Positions 51,491 through 64,000 of a DNA stretch of 64,000 nt are shown here, one piece after another. The number at the start of each line of letters is the position of its first letter. Position 1 is the first letter of the stretch. The stretch is from contig CM082598.2 in the NCBI GenBank assembly GCA_040954595.2, positions 3,169,154 to 3,233,153 on the forward strand. Direction: 5' to 3'. The stretch comes from Balanoglossus misakiensis. Lineage: Eukaryota; Animalia; Hemichordata. Both the position numbers and the translations under genes were made by a program. The notes under the pieces were generated by a model, which did no database searches, had not been told where the DNA came from, and saw nothing but the letters and a program-made list of their open reading frames with translations.

Positions 51491-52399
51491 GACTAGAATT
51501 AAAATTGGTGACGTCACCAATGAAATATTGACGCTATCATCGCATGTCTATCTGCTTAGACATGAAATACGCATTATCAAAGGGAGTTTGGCTATTGGCG
51601 TAACTGCATGGCTAGCAAAAGTTACATGAGTCTTGCGCTAGGTTGACGGGTCAAGTGTTTGCAAACTTAATTTTCTGTGCTCTGAAATGGCAATGAATAT
51701 ATGCAAGTAATAAACAGTAGTTTTATATACATGTAGCTGCCAGTCAAACAGGCAAAGATCAGCATGCCCTATATATATATGTAAGCATACACCTCGTGCG
51801 AATTAAATGTCCTTCGGCGTATGTCTTCGGTCGCATTCAAACACTTTTCGGTGTCAAAAGTACGGGTGACAGCGTGGAGACAGTCGGGTTAGGTCAGTTG
51901 CCACGTTAAGAAGGTGACCATATTGTCAAGTCTTTGACGCGGTGAAAAGTAATTGTCGACAGGTAGACGCTAGGTACTGACACCACCAATGGCGTTTGTG
52001 CGCATTTATTTGCGACGTGGCGCCCGAGGTAATGCGATGAGATTGGGACAAATTCGAGCGTCATTTCATTAGATGTTGGTCAGACGGCTTAAATCGAGTC
52101 GCTGTGTTTGCGCCACTCGCGCTGTCGTGCCGTCCGCCTCGGAGAATCTGAACAATTCGGTTGATTAAATCACTCTTGGTTATTACATCGCCCGTCCGCA
52201 TTTTGTCTGACCAGGATACACGTAATCAAAATCAGTGTCTCTGGCACTGAAGGATTGAATGAGTATTTATCGATACTTTCCTCCTTCACTTTTTGTCGTC
52301 GGCTGAGTGCGCATGTGCATGTCGAGTAGACAAATCTGCAGAAGTTGATCGCTTTCACATTTCTTGGCTCAGTGTAACCCGGCCGTTACTTGTCATATA

Positions 52400-52534
52400 C
52401 ATTGAAATCGCTTTGATCTCCAAAATTCGAGAAACTCTTTTTATAGCCTTGACAAGGAAAATATCCTAAAGTTGCCTTGAGAAAATTATGAGAGAAAGTT
52501 TAAGACTGATTTTCGAGGCGCATTCTGCCTTCAA
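52400..52534. mobile_element. Second copy of the dispersed transposon end at 37740-37959
   Basis: Shares AGTTGCCTTG...GAAAGTTTAAGAC...GATTTTCGAGGCGCATTCT.CCTT. Confidence 0.7.
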
Positions 52535-52876
52535 CATAAATTAAGAGACTTGTATTTATGCTTACGGGGACAACTTAGCCGCACGCACTACTACCAAAAC
52601 CACAACAGGAAACAATATTAATGTTAGAGCCCTATTAATCTCTGATACGTGCGACCTCACAGTAGAATTCTAGATCTCTACCATAGGACCTGGGAATTTT
52701 TACGAGACCGTGGCGAGTTGTAAAATTTGTCGTAATGATAGTAAAAGAGGGGACTTTTCACCACATGCGCCGTGGTTTGAACCTCTATGCGGTTTTGAGT
52801 CTTCAAAGTGTTCTAAAGAGAAAAACAACGTACCCCCTGCCAAGTAAATGAGGCGGATGAAACTTAAAAAGGTAGG

Positions 52877-53005
<129 letters not shown>

Positions 53006-53507
53006 CATCTTAAAATACAATTTACTAAAATGTAAGCCTCTCTCTCTCTTTCAGATGTATCTTTAAAAACTAACATTTAAAGAGAACGAAAAACTGAAAG
53101 TAGGTCGACGAGGGAAAAGACAGAGGAACACAGGAGAAATTAAGGTAATGGAATCGTGATTTGCCGCAATTGTTGCCTACGAACTCGAGTGACATTTCTT
53201 TGTGCTTTAAAGGCAGGTCTCCGCGAGTTCAGTAATTGCTGGGAAACGGTTGCAATGTAATACTTTTATTTGTGGCGTTCGTTCGTTCGGTCGGTCGTTG
53301 GGCAGCCTGCGGGCGTTGCACGTCGGAGAAAATTGACCACCGTGTGCGCGCGGTCGTGCCGGCTCACGCCCACTTCCCTGTGCCCACACTTTTGGTTTCG
53401 GTGTCTTCATCTCCATAGAGACCACGACGAAGACGCGATAATTTTTGCTCTTCGTCTGTGGGATACTGTAGGAGTAGTTAGTCTACATCAAGAACCTGCG
53501 CAATTTC

Positions 53508-53605
53508 AATTGGCTGTTGCCATGGTATTTATATTACGTCACTGTGATTAGATTAGGCTGGCCACCAATAGAATGCGCCGTGTGTCTGGATGTCCGTCCA
53601 ATTGG
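53508..53605 (-). promoter_or_regulatory. Compact promoter-like module (X-box, TATA, CRE-like and CCAAT motifs)
   Basis: GTTGCCATGGTATT at 53516-53529, TATAAATA (minus) at 53533-53526, TTACGTCA at 53534-53541, CCAAT/ATTGG motifs on both sides. Confidence 0.45.
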
Positions 53606-56014
53606 AAGGTGTGTTCACTGAAAGCTTAGAGAAGTGATTATTTTCACCTTGTCGGCGGAAATTATACCATGCGTCCTTTTCAGTGGCGTCAGCGCGCGAA
53701 TTTTTCTCTTTGCGGCAAGGGGAAAGGCGCGCACGCTTATATCCGAGGCGTCGTCGCGTAAGGCGCGTGCCACCAACTGCAACCAAAGGTGGCCCATCAA
53801 AAACTATTACCACTATTGTCGGTGAACCCGCTATCGTAAAACATGTGACGCGGAAGGGAGAGGTTTATGTGGCATCGTGGAGGTGATCCGGTCCGTTTGT
53901 TTTTATCGTCAAATTTATCGGAAACCATTTGCCGGTGTAATGTGTTGATACAGCTCGTAAAATTGATCGTGCGTCGCAAAAAAAAACGAGGTGTCGCTAA
54001 GAGCAAAACATTTTCTGGGACATCAGGTGGATTACATATAAAAGACATTAAGCATTTGGGATAAACATGTCTTAAAAAACAAAGTGGTTTTGGTTTGGCG
54101 GGTACTAATTTCACTTCACATTGCGAGGGTAGATTTTGCTTTCAGCAACAGGGAATGTAACTGATACCCTTTAAATTTGCGCAAACGATAAAAAGGGACG
54201 CTTTTTTCGATTGTATAGTAGTCAGCGCCTTGTCCACCAGCAAGAGCTGCACTTAGCCATGATATCATTTGATAAAGTTGTACATGAAAAATAGCTTTTT
54301 TGTATGTGCCCCGACCACGGTAAAACACATCACCCGTTTGCGTGACTGATTTTCTGTTCCAACGGTGGATGTAATTCCTGTGGAACTAAAACTCCAAAAC
54401 CGGGCATTCCGTTTCCAGTATAAGATAACTTCGCCAAGCAATATAATGGAAATTAGGCCCATCTTGGAGCCTGATATCCGATAGACCGCCCCAAAAACAA
54501 GGAAGTTGCCCATTTTCAAACTAATGCACACGCACGCCTACACAAGGTGCAATTTTCCCCCATCTCCGTCTTAGCAAACGGGATCATCTTACAGGCGCGA
54601 ATATAATACAGTCTTTTTTTGCACACATAAGTGCATTAGCTCAGGCAAAAAATAACGGAACGTTCTCTGACACGAATATAGCTTTAATTGCGTGATATAC
54701 ATTTGTAAAGGTCAGTGTTCTATGACTTTTTTTTCCGAGAAAGAAAGAAAGAATGAATGAATCTGATAATGATTACCATACAATCAAACGCTTATTCATT
54801 GTGATGTGAGTATCACATTCATCCCCACGCGCGCGTCTTTTTTCATGAATGAATAGAAAATCCTACCCTGGTTTTCTTTTATTCATGCGACATTGAATGA
54901 TTCGAGATGATCGTTTTAATCAAGAAAAGGCGTTTATCAATCGAACGGCCCAATAGAACGAGAAAGAAAAGTTTGTAAATGAACAAAAGTCTTCTCGCTG
55001 ATCTCAATGCGCATGTGGTTGTTTGGAGGATCATATTTGCACAAAGTGGAATATCGCGCATGATTGCATGTCAGTTCTAAGTTTTCAGATGCTGGGAGAA
55101 TTTGCATGGGAAAAAAGGAAAGAGATTGGATTTTAAGATTTCTATACATACCTGGTATTCTGCTTCTTGAAGGACGAGCCAAATTGCCAGTATCAATTCT
55201 GTGGAATTCAACTCCGATGAACACTTAGGGGCACTGTTGGAGATACCTGTTGTGTAGGCTTTACACGACAACGGTTTCTTCAGTGACAAAACCTAGTTTT
55301 TCGTGGCGGAGCGCGCGACCGTTGCTGGGAACCTCGTGTCTGTCGTCTGGTGATGCGTCGGTCGAAATGAGCGTCCGGGCGACTGGCGGTTGCAGTATAT
55401 ATATCGCAAAGTTGTTTGTGCGGAGAAAATTTCACACGTCATTCCTAGAAACAAATGAGTCGATGCGTCAGTGACTTTTGGCAATCGTTACTATGGGGCG
55501 TTGCTTGGATGTCCCCGCGCGCACGCGCAGTCGGATTCACTGATGTTGCTCAGCATATTACTTAAACCGACCCTTTAAAAAACCAGGATCGCATTTTAAT
55601 TGAGAGTTGGTTTTTTAACAGTGTACACTAGTTGACATTTTAGGAACAATGGAATTTTGATATTATCTGTCTCCCTTCTGCCAGTTAGAATCAAAATTAG
55701 GGTTTACATCGGTAATGAAGTTGTTTACGGCGTCAATGGATTTACTGAGACTGCGCGCATCATGAAACGTGTCTCTATCTGTCGTTGCTAAATATAATCA
55801 ACTAGAAGTATTTCCAGTTATTTCTTGATGGCATTATGCGCTTTTCAAGGACAATAGCAGAAGATAGCAACGCGAAAAAACGCAGCACGGATCACGTTCC
55901 TCGTCTACTTCGGTGTGCCTGTGAAACCGCGCCGGCGACAGAGTTTCAGGCGACCGACAAAAACAACGCCGACGACATGTCACAGAAGCGCGCATCTGGT
56001 CTCTCGAATGTAGC

Positions 56015-57343
56015 TAAGGGAGCCATCATTATTTACGGCCTAGGGGTCGGAGTAATGCTCCGGATACAAGTACTTGTATACGGACAATTTGACTACCCCC
56101 CCGCAACACTTGCGAAATATGTACCACCCCTTTCAGTTTCTGAAACAGATTTATAGCGACCTCAACCACCACCGTCATTTTCAAGTGCCCCCAAAGATAA
56201 ATGTGTATAGAAGGAAAAGTGGTTCCTTTTATCGCCTCTGTGATTAAACAAGTTTTTTGTTTTCAATTTTTCGGGTTATTTATGACAGAAGGCTATGAGA
56301 TATGACAGAAGCTATTCTGGGCCACGATGACCACATTTGTCAATACACGGTTATCTTTTGGGTGGTGCCGGTTAGACTATATACAGAAGAAGTCACGTGA
56401 TGCGAGGATTGTGGGAATGCTCTGTAAATGCAAAAATCCAAATAGTGAATTTGGAGCTATCTGAGCATGCGCAACATCAAGAGCTATTTATTTTCAGAGT
56501 TGAGTTAAAGAAAAAAGGAAAATTTACATAAACGCTGAAAGACACAAATATTCTTTCTAGTGTTTATAATGCCAAACAAAAGCCATCAAATGCTGTGAAA
56601 TTACAAGTTTGAATTAATTAAATTAATAATTGCTTCTAAATATATATATATATTTCTTTTTTATCATACAGCATGCGCAACTCTCTGGTCAAGCAGTCGT
56701 CATTATCAGCAAGCTATACATGACAGCTGTGTTCTACAGTGGGAAACATTTCAAGTTAGATGAATCTGACCTGAGTTCCAGTAGTCTGTGCAGAGCTCAA
56801 GTATATACAAGTCTTCAGTTACCTTGGGATGGAGAATGAATACAGCATCTACTTGTTTATGTGGAAGTAAGTGTCCAATTCGTGTTGTTTTCACACACAC
56901 ATTTACACCAGTGGGGAACAGATTAGGGAAAGCAAGTGCGTGTTATCCCTCGTTGTTATTCTTCCCGTTAGCTGCTGGCTAAGTTCCGAGTCGCAACCCT
57001 GCTTTGAACTGGCCTGGGTCAAAAGTTTGCCACCTGCTTCAATTGTAATGCGCGTGCGTGATGCTGCGACGAAATCTAGTGTGACTATTACGTCATCCGT
57101 CAGATTCTGTTGTGATCACTGCCCGCAGATTACTGTCTCGTATTGATGCCCGTACGCAGATGCGTAATTTGTAAAGAGAGATATAACGAAAATTCGAACA
57201 GGAAAAGTATGCTAAAAGCTTTTTGCAAAACGGGAACACCACGTGCACCTTAAAAGTTCATTTGCCAAAGTAAATGAGCGACCCCCTTTAAATTTAAATG
57301 CCCCTCCGGACCCCCGGGGTTGTAATAATGACAACTCCCTTAA
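56015..57343. mobile_element. Harbinger-like MITE termini (one expanded element or two fragments)
   Basis: TAA-GGGAGCCATCATTATTTAC at 56015 and inverted GTAATAATGACAACTCCC-TTA ending near 57342; imperfect TIR and mismatched TSD. Confidence 0.4.
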
Positions 57344-58763
57344 GACATAACGCAAGATGATATATGCGTGACGTCAATGAGCACCATGCATAATTGGCAA
57401 CCTCTTCAGTCAGTCATTCAGATCAGACCATTGAGGAAAAAAAATCCACGACTCTCTCGTTAAAAACACCACCAACAAAACTCCCTTCTTAATCATACAA
57501 AGACACTTATCCAATATTCCTTTTCGCCCAAATTGAACTTTTTAATACGTTGCACTAGTAGCAGGCGCCGACCGTTCGGCCAATTGTCTCTCTTCTAACC
57601 GCGACTGCATTTCATTTTATCATTACGACTTTAACGCATTTTATCGCGTTAGTCCTAATGAAGTGTAGGCTACTTCAGAGAGCGTGATAAGATAGACCAA
57701 ATTCAGCCGCGTTTATATTTAACTTATTTATTTCATAACGGATGTTTGTGCGAGACGGTTCAGGGTCACCCCAGACGGACGTCGATCTGGTTAGCGGTGT
57801 TAACGAGGAAGACGAAACATTTCATCCGTGCGCGCTGCCTAGCAACGCCGAGATATTTTCAGATTTCGTCACTGACGAATCTCGATTTCGGAATGAACTG
57901 TGGATCTTGCTAGCAATTTGTAGCCCCCCCCCCCCGTCACCAGGATATTTTTCATAAACTTCTACTTTGATTCAACGAAACTTTACCGTCTACACGACCT
58001 TCTTGACAGATCAAAGTTCAAATGAATGAACGATAAAAACTCATCATCATCATCAATACTGGTACCTTGATACAATCAGAAAGACGCCTCAAGCGTTTTT
58101 CATAGTGTTATCTAACAACGCACTATAACTACCAAAGTAGCAATTAAAATGTATCAATCGAACTTTGAGCATTGATACTTTTCTGATCGCATCGATCAAG
58201 GATGACGGTGATGGGGTTATGTGATAAAAGTTTGAAAGAAACCAATTCAATGTTTATCAAAGAGACTGTGAATATTAGTTGGCTCGATTTTGAAATCCGG
58301 TTATAAAAGACGCGTTATTATTTTTACAACCTTTAAGTATACGTCATATGCCTTTCCCTCTTCTACTTCTTGACAGAAGTGATAATAAATCGAATTTGTA
58401 TATTTGATTTAAGATCTACCAACGTGGCGCCGGTGGGCTCTCAAAACGACTACTTTTGCTTCGGCCGAGCAGACGACATAAATAATGCGCGTCTCCACTT
58501 TTGAATATGAAGAACAAGTATCGGTAATATCGCGTGTAAGTCAGTCTGACATATTTGAAGCAATTGGCCTCGGTGTCCTACCATTCTTGCGTAACTTGGA
58601 GTACTCACGACTCCGCAGACTTAATAAGAGATAAAAATACCTGAAGTAGTGGTTCGCACTTTGTCGAATTTAAGAACGCACCAGTAGTCGACATGATTTC
58701 TCCCCCACAAGTACGAAATCGATAGCGTTTGAGTCACGACACTCATTAAGGTACAAATGTGGC

Positions 58764-58975
58764 ATGCGCCTCGAAAATCAAAGTTTTGCAGTTTTTCTCG
58801 TATTTTACTCAAGGCAACTTTCCATTGTGATCTCTTAAAGTTGAGAATAAACTGGTGATAGCCGTGCACAATTTTGAATGGAAGAGCAAAAGTTTCTCAA
58901 AATTGAAATCCAAAATGGCCGCCAATTAGAGAAGTTACTTCATAGCACAAGATGGTTTTCTTTGTGTTTTCATGA
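58764..58975. mobile_element. Inverted copy of the dispersed transposon end at 37740-37959
   Basis: GCGCCTCGAAAATC...CAAGGCAACT...CTCTTAAAGTTGAGAAT...CAAAATGGCCGCCAAT is the reverse complement of the intronic copy. Confidence 0.7.
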
Positions 58976-61900
58976 AGACTTCTCATATACTTTGTTATAG
59001 CAAAGAATCGAAAGGTTTGGCGAACTATCATGTTTCTGAAAATCTGTCCCCCAGATCCATCAAACTTTCTACTGGTATGGTCAGTCATGTATAGCCACGA
59101 TTGGCCATAACACTTCCAAGTATTTCATAGTAATATGTTAAGTAACTCAGCCAACCTATGAAAATGAAAGCGAAAACTTGGACCAGACAAATAAAATCCG
59201 CGAACTTGATATATGCTGTGAATCACACGGGGTTCTTTGTTTAATGGTAGGAACATAGAAATATACCGAAAAAGACAAGTAGGGTCCACATTTTTTTATT
59301 GAGATCCAAATTTTGAAAAACACCACACCACCTGTTCAAGGTGTCCTGGTCCTAGCATATATAAATTATTCAATGATGAATTTGATCGTGTAACCCGAAC
59401 TTCTCCTTTCAACAGCTGTCGATGGTTTGACATCATTTCTTGCCGCTATCGGGTATCCGTTCCGTCAATTTTCATCAAAATTAGATAAATGTTTGATAAG
59501 GTAGGGTTAACACGAAGTGTTTACGTCGAAACTGTGCGCCAATTAGCCTGAACAGCCTTGAACAGACACATCTGCGCATGAGCGAGGTACATATTCTTGT
59601 ACTGGGGCACTGAACGGTGTATGGTCACGCTCCAAGCGAAAGAAAAATGAAAATTCGACGCGGGGCTCATAAATGTCACTATCAAACTTTACAGCCCCTT
59701 GTAGACGGACACCACACGCCAACCGCAAAGACATGTATATGAGCGAAGATTACGAGCCCCCGGCACACCGGAATTACACTCTCCGTGTCAGTAAACGCAA
59801 CGGACACAAATTGAATATCGTGCTACCAAAATCTCCCACCGGAAATCCATATCATGAAGATTTAAACGATTTGAATTGGTTTTGAGTTCGCTACCATGAA
59901 CTTACGTCACGGATCTCAAAGGGGCAGTTACACTAAGTCTTACTACCGTAATGTGAAATCGTCCATCACGTTTATCTATCGCACAAAAATATCGTCTAAT
60001 TTAGCCTTTACGTTGTTTTCAGTATAACTATTATACAGGGTGCCCCAAATCTCTAAATATAAGAAGTCAAAAGGTTGTGTTGAGTTTCAAATTTAAGATT
60101 TTCAAAATTACAATATAAAGGATAAAAATCCTGTCCACATAGCATTTATTTCGGATACAATCAAGTACCCAAAACCTCATCGCCTGTTGGCGCACTCATC
60201 GTGGTGGCGATTTCGTACTCGATTTGCCTTAGTGACCAACTTTCGAATGACCTGGCCGACGGAATTTTTGTGACAAATTGTAGACTGTTAAAGGCACGTA
60301 AGCTGCAACTGGATAAAAAATCAATGTTTTAAATGATCTCATATGTGCTTTTAATTATATCTATTAAATGCTATTTCATGATAATATATCAAGCTCAACA
60401 CTTATTTATGACAAAATGGCCAAAAATTAAAGAAAAACGAAAATTCCTGAAATGTTTAAAAAAGTGCAATATTGCAATGAAAAATGAAAATCTGATGTCT
60501 CAGTGGTGTACATTTACTTCCATGAGCTCAAGTGGATGAGATCATGTTCTGTTTATGAAGTTTCACAACCGGAAATGCGACATTTTCATTGTTTCTTTCA
60601 TTTTCCCATGGTGGCGGCCATAATCGCTTGCGACAAAGCTTTATTATTTATCTGGTTAAAACTTGCATATGCACTCATATTTAGGGTTTATAATGCTTGT
60701 GTATAGTTCACTGCCTTCATCTGCATGGACTAATGGTAGTGCAGTGTGAAACAAAAATTATGAAAATTATCCCAAAAGTTACAGCTTACGTGCCTTTAAT
60801 GGGATTTCAATCCGAACAGTGTTTCTCCCATCTGGTATTTGTCTTGTCGTCTAATCGGTTGCCTTTCAAAATAAATTCCTGCAACAGCTTGTAATCTCCT
60901 CGCATATTTTCTTGTTTATCATTCAGTTGCAGAATTCTTTCTCTCTTTAAGCGGCTCCGAGAGCCGGCGCGTTTCTGCGTTTATCAAATCTAGTCCGATT
61001 CTATGTGCAATGGCATGACCGCCATATAAATCACGTAACTATTCCAGTTATGTAGTGTTGTTTCTTGAACACCGGAAAGTGTCTGCATATCGCGGTTGTG
61101 TCCGACTGAAGGGCGTGGTCCGGAATGTGTCGAGCAGCGAGATACATAGAGATAGCGCACGACTTCCATTCATGAATGCGTCGAGGCATTTACAGTAAAC
61201 AGTGACACGTCCATTTCTAACAATTTGAATAACTCCCACGGTCACAAAAATCGAAACTGAAATTAGCCATTCTGTGTTTATAGTATGTCACTATATCATA
61301 GTTGTATTCTTTATGTATAAAATCTGAGTGTTGACTACCGAATATATGTGTCTCGCCGCATACTGAAAAAGAATCGTGTAAACTTTGTCTGAACTCAAGT
61401 GATCTAACTACTGAATTATTAGCCTGATTTTCGATATCATTTTTTGAGTCAGTTCAGATGAAGTTGATCAACACCACACTTCACAGCTTAGTCGATTCAC
61501 GTGTGACGATTATTATGAAAAAAAAACTATTGCTGCCGGTGATATAATGATGCCCACATGAATTCACAGATGTGTTTTTAAACATACCGTTGCCATGGAA
61601 ATGGTACGTTTTGTGTTTACACCGCGCGTGGCCATCCCCGAGCGATTTCTTGGTGATGTTTTGAGCGAGAACTGGCTGGTTGTTGTCGTGAATGACGGTT
61701 TTCTGTTTATCTGTCCGAAATATGTTTTTTTGAAGCATAAGTGGCGACTTCCGGTAGACGGGGACTGTATTTGGACACTCGGTCACGTTGACAACACTCG
61801 CGTTATGTTAACAACATCTTGAGACCACGCCGATTAAAAAAAAACAGAAATAAGAGTTTGTTGATCAGCGTTCGTGTATGTTCAAATTCAAAACAACTCA

Positions 61901-64000
61901 TGAGTAGACCAACAGAAACGTTTGAGCGATTTTCGCTAATTCGGACGTCAAAATTATAATTTATATTAAAAGAACGAACAGAGTGAGTTTGACACATTTT
62001 GTAGGAAGGAGATACGGCTGGCAGATGAAAATGAGAAATTAATTATAGGTGCGGATATAGAAAATTAAGCTTTACGATTGGATTTTAGAATTATTAAGAG
62101 TCGGATGCCTTTTGTACTAATTATAGCCTTACAAATAGGCGTGGTGTGTACAGTAATCGGCTATACATGTCGTTACCCACCCAGAGCCTCAGTTTACCTC
62201 AGCTCAGCAAATGACCGTCTGAATACTTTAAATTGATGATTTCCGATGCGTGGTAGTCATTTTTTGTCTGGAGTCTGGGTTGGATTTCAGCGTTCTACTT
62301 TCTAAAAGAGAGCGTTTACTTTAATAAGCGTGGCGGGGATTCGGAAGGAGCGATATTCGGGTAATGTAAAACCCACTCAGACTGGAGTTTCGCTTGTTCA
62401 GGAGAAAGAGAGAGAGAGAGTACACTCGCCTAATTATACGTGAAGGCTTCTCGAGCATCTCGACAATGCGCGGTTGCGTGTGCCAGGCAACACCCAGTCG
62501 TTCGAAACCGTTACTTCTCCGATAGGTTCTCCGAGTTGCAGATATTTTCTCGGCGGCTGGGTGGCGGACCACCCTGGCGGGGAAGTCGGTTTGTCACTTG
62601 TCTGAGAGATGCTGGGCCCCTAAAAATGCGTAACACGTGCTCTGTCTGTAATTATAGTTACCTAGGATGGCGATATCAATATTTAATGCTGGGCGTATAA
62701 AAAGTTGAACATCATAAGTATTGTAAATTATGAATAATTGTAAATGTCAGCACTAGTACTAAACTCTGGAACCACGCCACTACATGAGTTGATATTTCAC
62801 ATTAACGGCAGACGACCATTTTGGCGTGCTGCTGAAGGTGAGACTATTTTGCTAACAGATGCAGACAACTGCAAGGAAATCGACCCCAACTAATCGAACT
62901 TCACTCATATCAGATGACGTCATTAGCAGATGAAGATGTCAAATGAGCCTAATTGAACGAGGAGGCTGTTTTATCTAAATGGGGCACTGTTGACTTAATA
63001 GTCCTCTTAAACTCTACTTTCACTTTGACATTTGCTTCGTTTCGCCACCTCATCAAGATCTGACATTTTCTTTGACATTTGTAACTTGAGCTCACGATCG
63101 CCCTTTCTAATTTTTGAGAGAAAAAGGTTTGTTGAATAATCTAAACCATCCTAGACCAGAATCTCCGTGCTCTTCGTTGAAAAATTTCCGAACTAGCAGA
63201 ATCGTGCAAATTTTTGTATGATCAGGGGTTCCACACGTGGGCAGTCTATGAGAAGTTCAACTCTAGGTCTGCAGACGACAAAATCTGTCAAAATTAGGCT
63301 TATCAATGATTGATTATACAGGCGCTTCCGTAAACATATAAGACATTTCGGTTGATTCATCTAATCTTTGGAGAAGAGCCTCAAACAAAAGTTCAAAATA
63401 ACAAGAATACATCATGTAGATAATTTTACCACATGTATTTGTGTGTGCGTCTTGACGTCACAGGGCAGGGGAATTCATATTACATCTTTGAAAATAGAAA
63501 CTTAAATGTAAAGTAGTTTCATAGAAACACAAAAATATTTTGTAAAACAACATCTCTTTAACCGTATGTGATTTTTACCTCAAAAATCGACAAAACGGAA
63601 TATATAGCCTATTTGCATAAAAGGTGAGATACCGGTCACCCACAGGCAAGGAATACATGATCCAATTTTGTAATAATTCAATGTACATCAACGCCCTATA
63701 CGTGAGAAATTGCATTCTCAAGTAATCCCATCATTCTATCATTCTGACACTGATCAATTTATAGGTACTAATATATTTACAGGTTGGGTGACGATTCTCG
63801 ATGGCGAGGTTATCCTCTTGTAATGACTTGTTCCAAATGTCAACTCTTTTCTTTGTCAATGGGAAATCTCCCTCCAGTTTAATCCTATATTGTCTGTGAT
63901 CACTTCACGAACGTACGTGTTACTACTACATATAGGTTCCTCTGATTAACTTCTATTTGTTCCATGTTTCAGGTTTTTGGCGCGATTACTGGCATTGGCA

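Noticed and set aside
60034-60900. AT-rich segment starting TACAGGGTG, a mariner-like terminus
   Set aside because: No matching second TIR or transposase remnant found by eye

Overview
Animal genomic DNA with spliceosomal introns, microsatellites and MITEs. Gene content suggests an ambulacrarian, probably a hemichordate (inference). It holds a co-oriented minus-strand cluster of four insulin-superfamily genes that the ORF track shows only as fragments: one IGF-like gene with a long charged E-domain (1209 to the left edge) and three tandem 8-cysteine 'octinsulin'-type genes (30474-31551, 34549-35344, 37465-38190). All four have a splice acceptor just before the ATG and a phase-1 intron in the C-domain. 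Between the IGF and the octinsulins lies a head-to-head pair of paralogous, largely disordered nuclear-protein genes (14508-19299 minus, 927 aa; 24601-28515 plus, 1304 aa). They share three short conserved blocks, including a C-terminal coiled coil resembling vertebrate LRIF1, and copy A also has a PxVxL motif. About 39-64 kb has no coding gene I can support, only promoter-like motifs and transposon fragments. Family assignments come from recalled motifs, not database searches.
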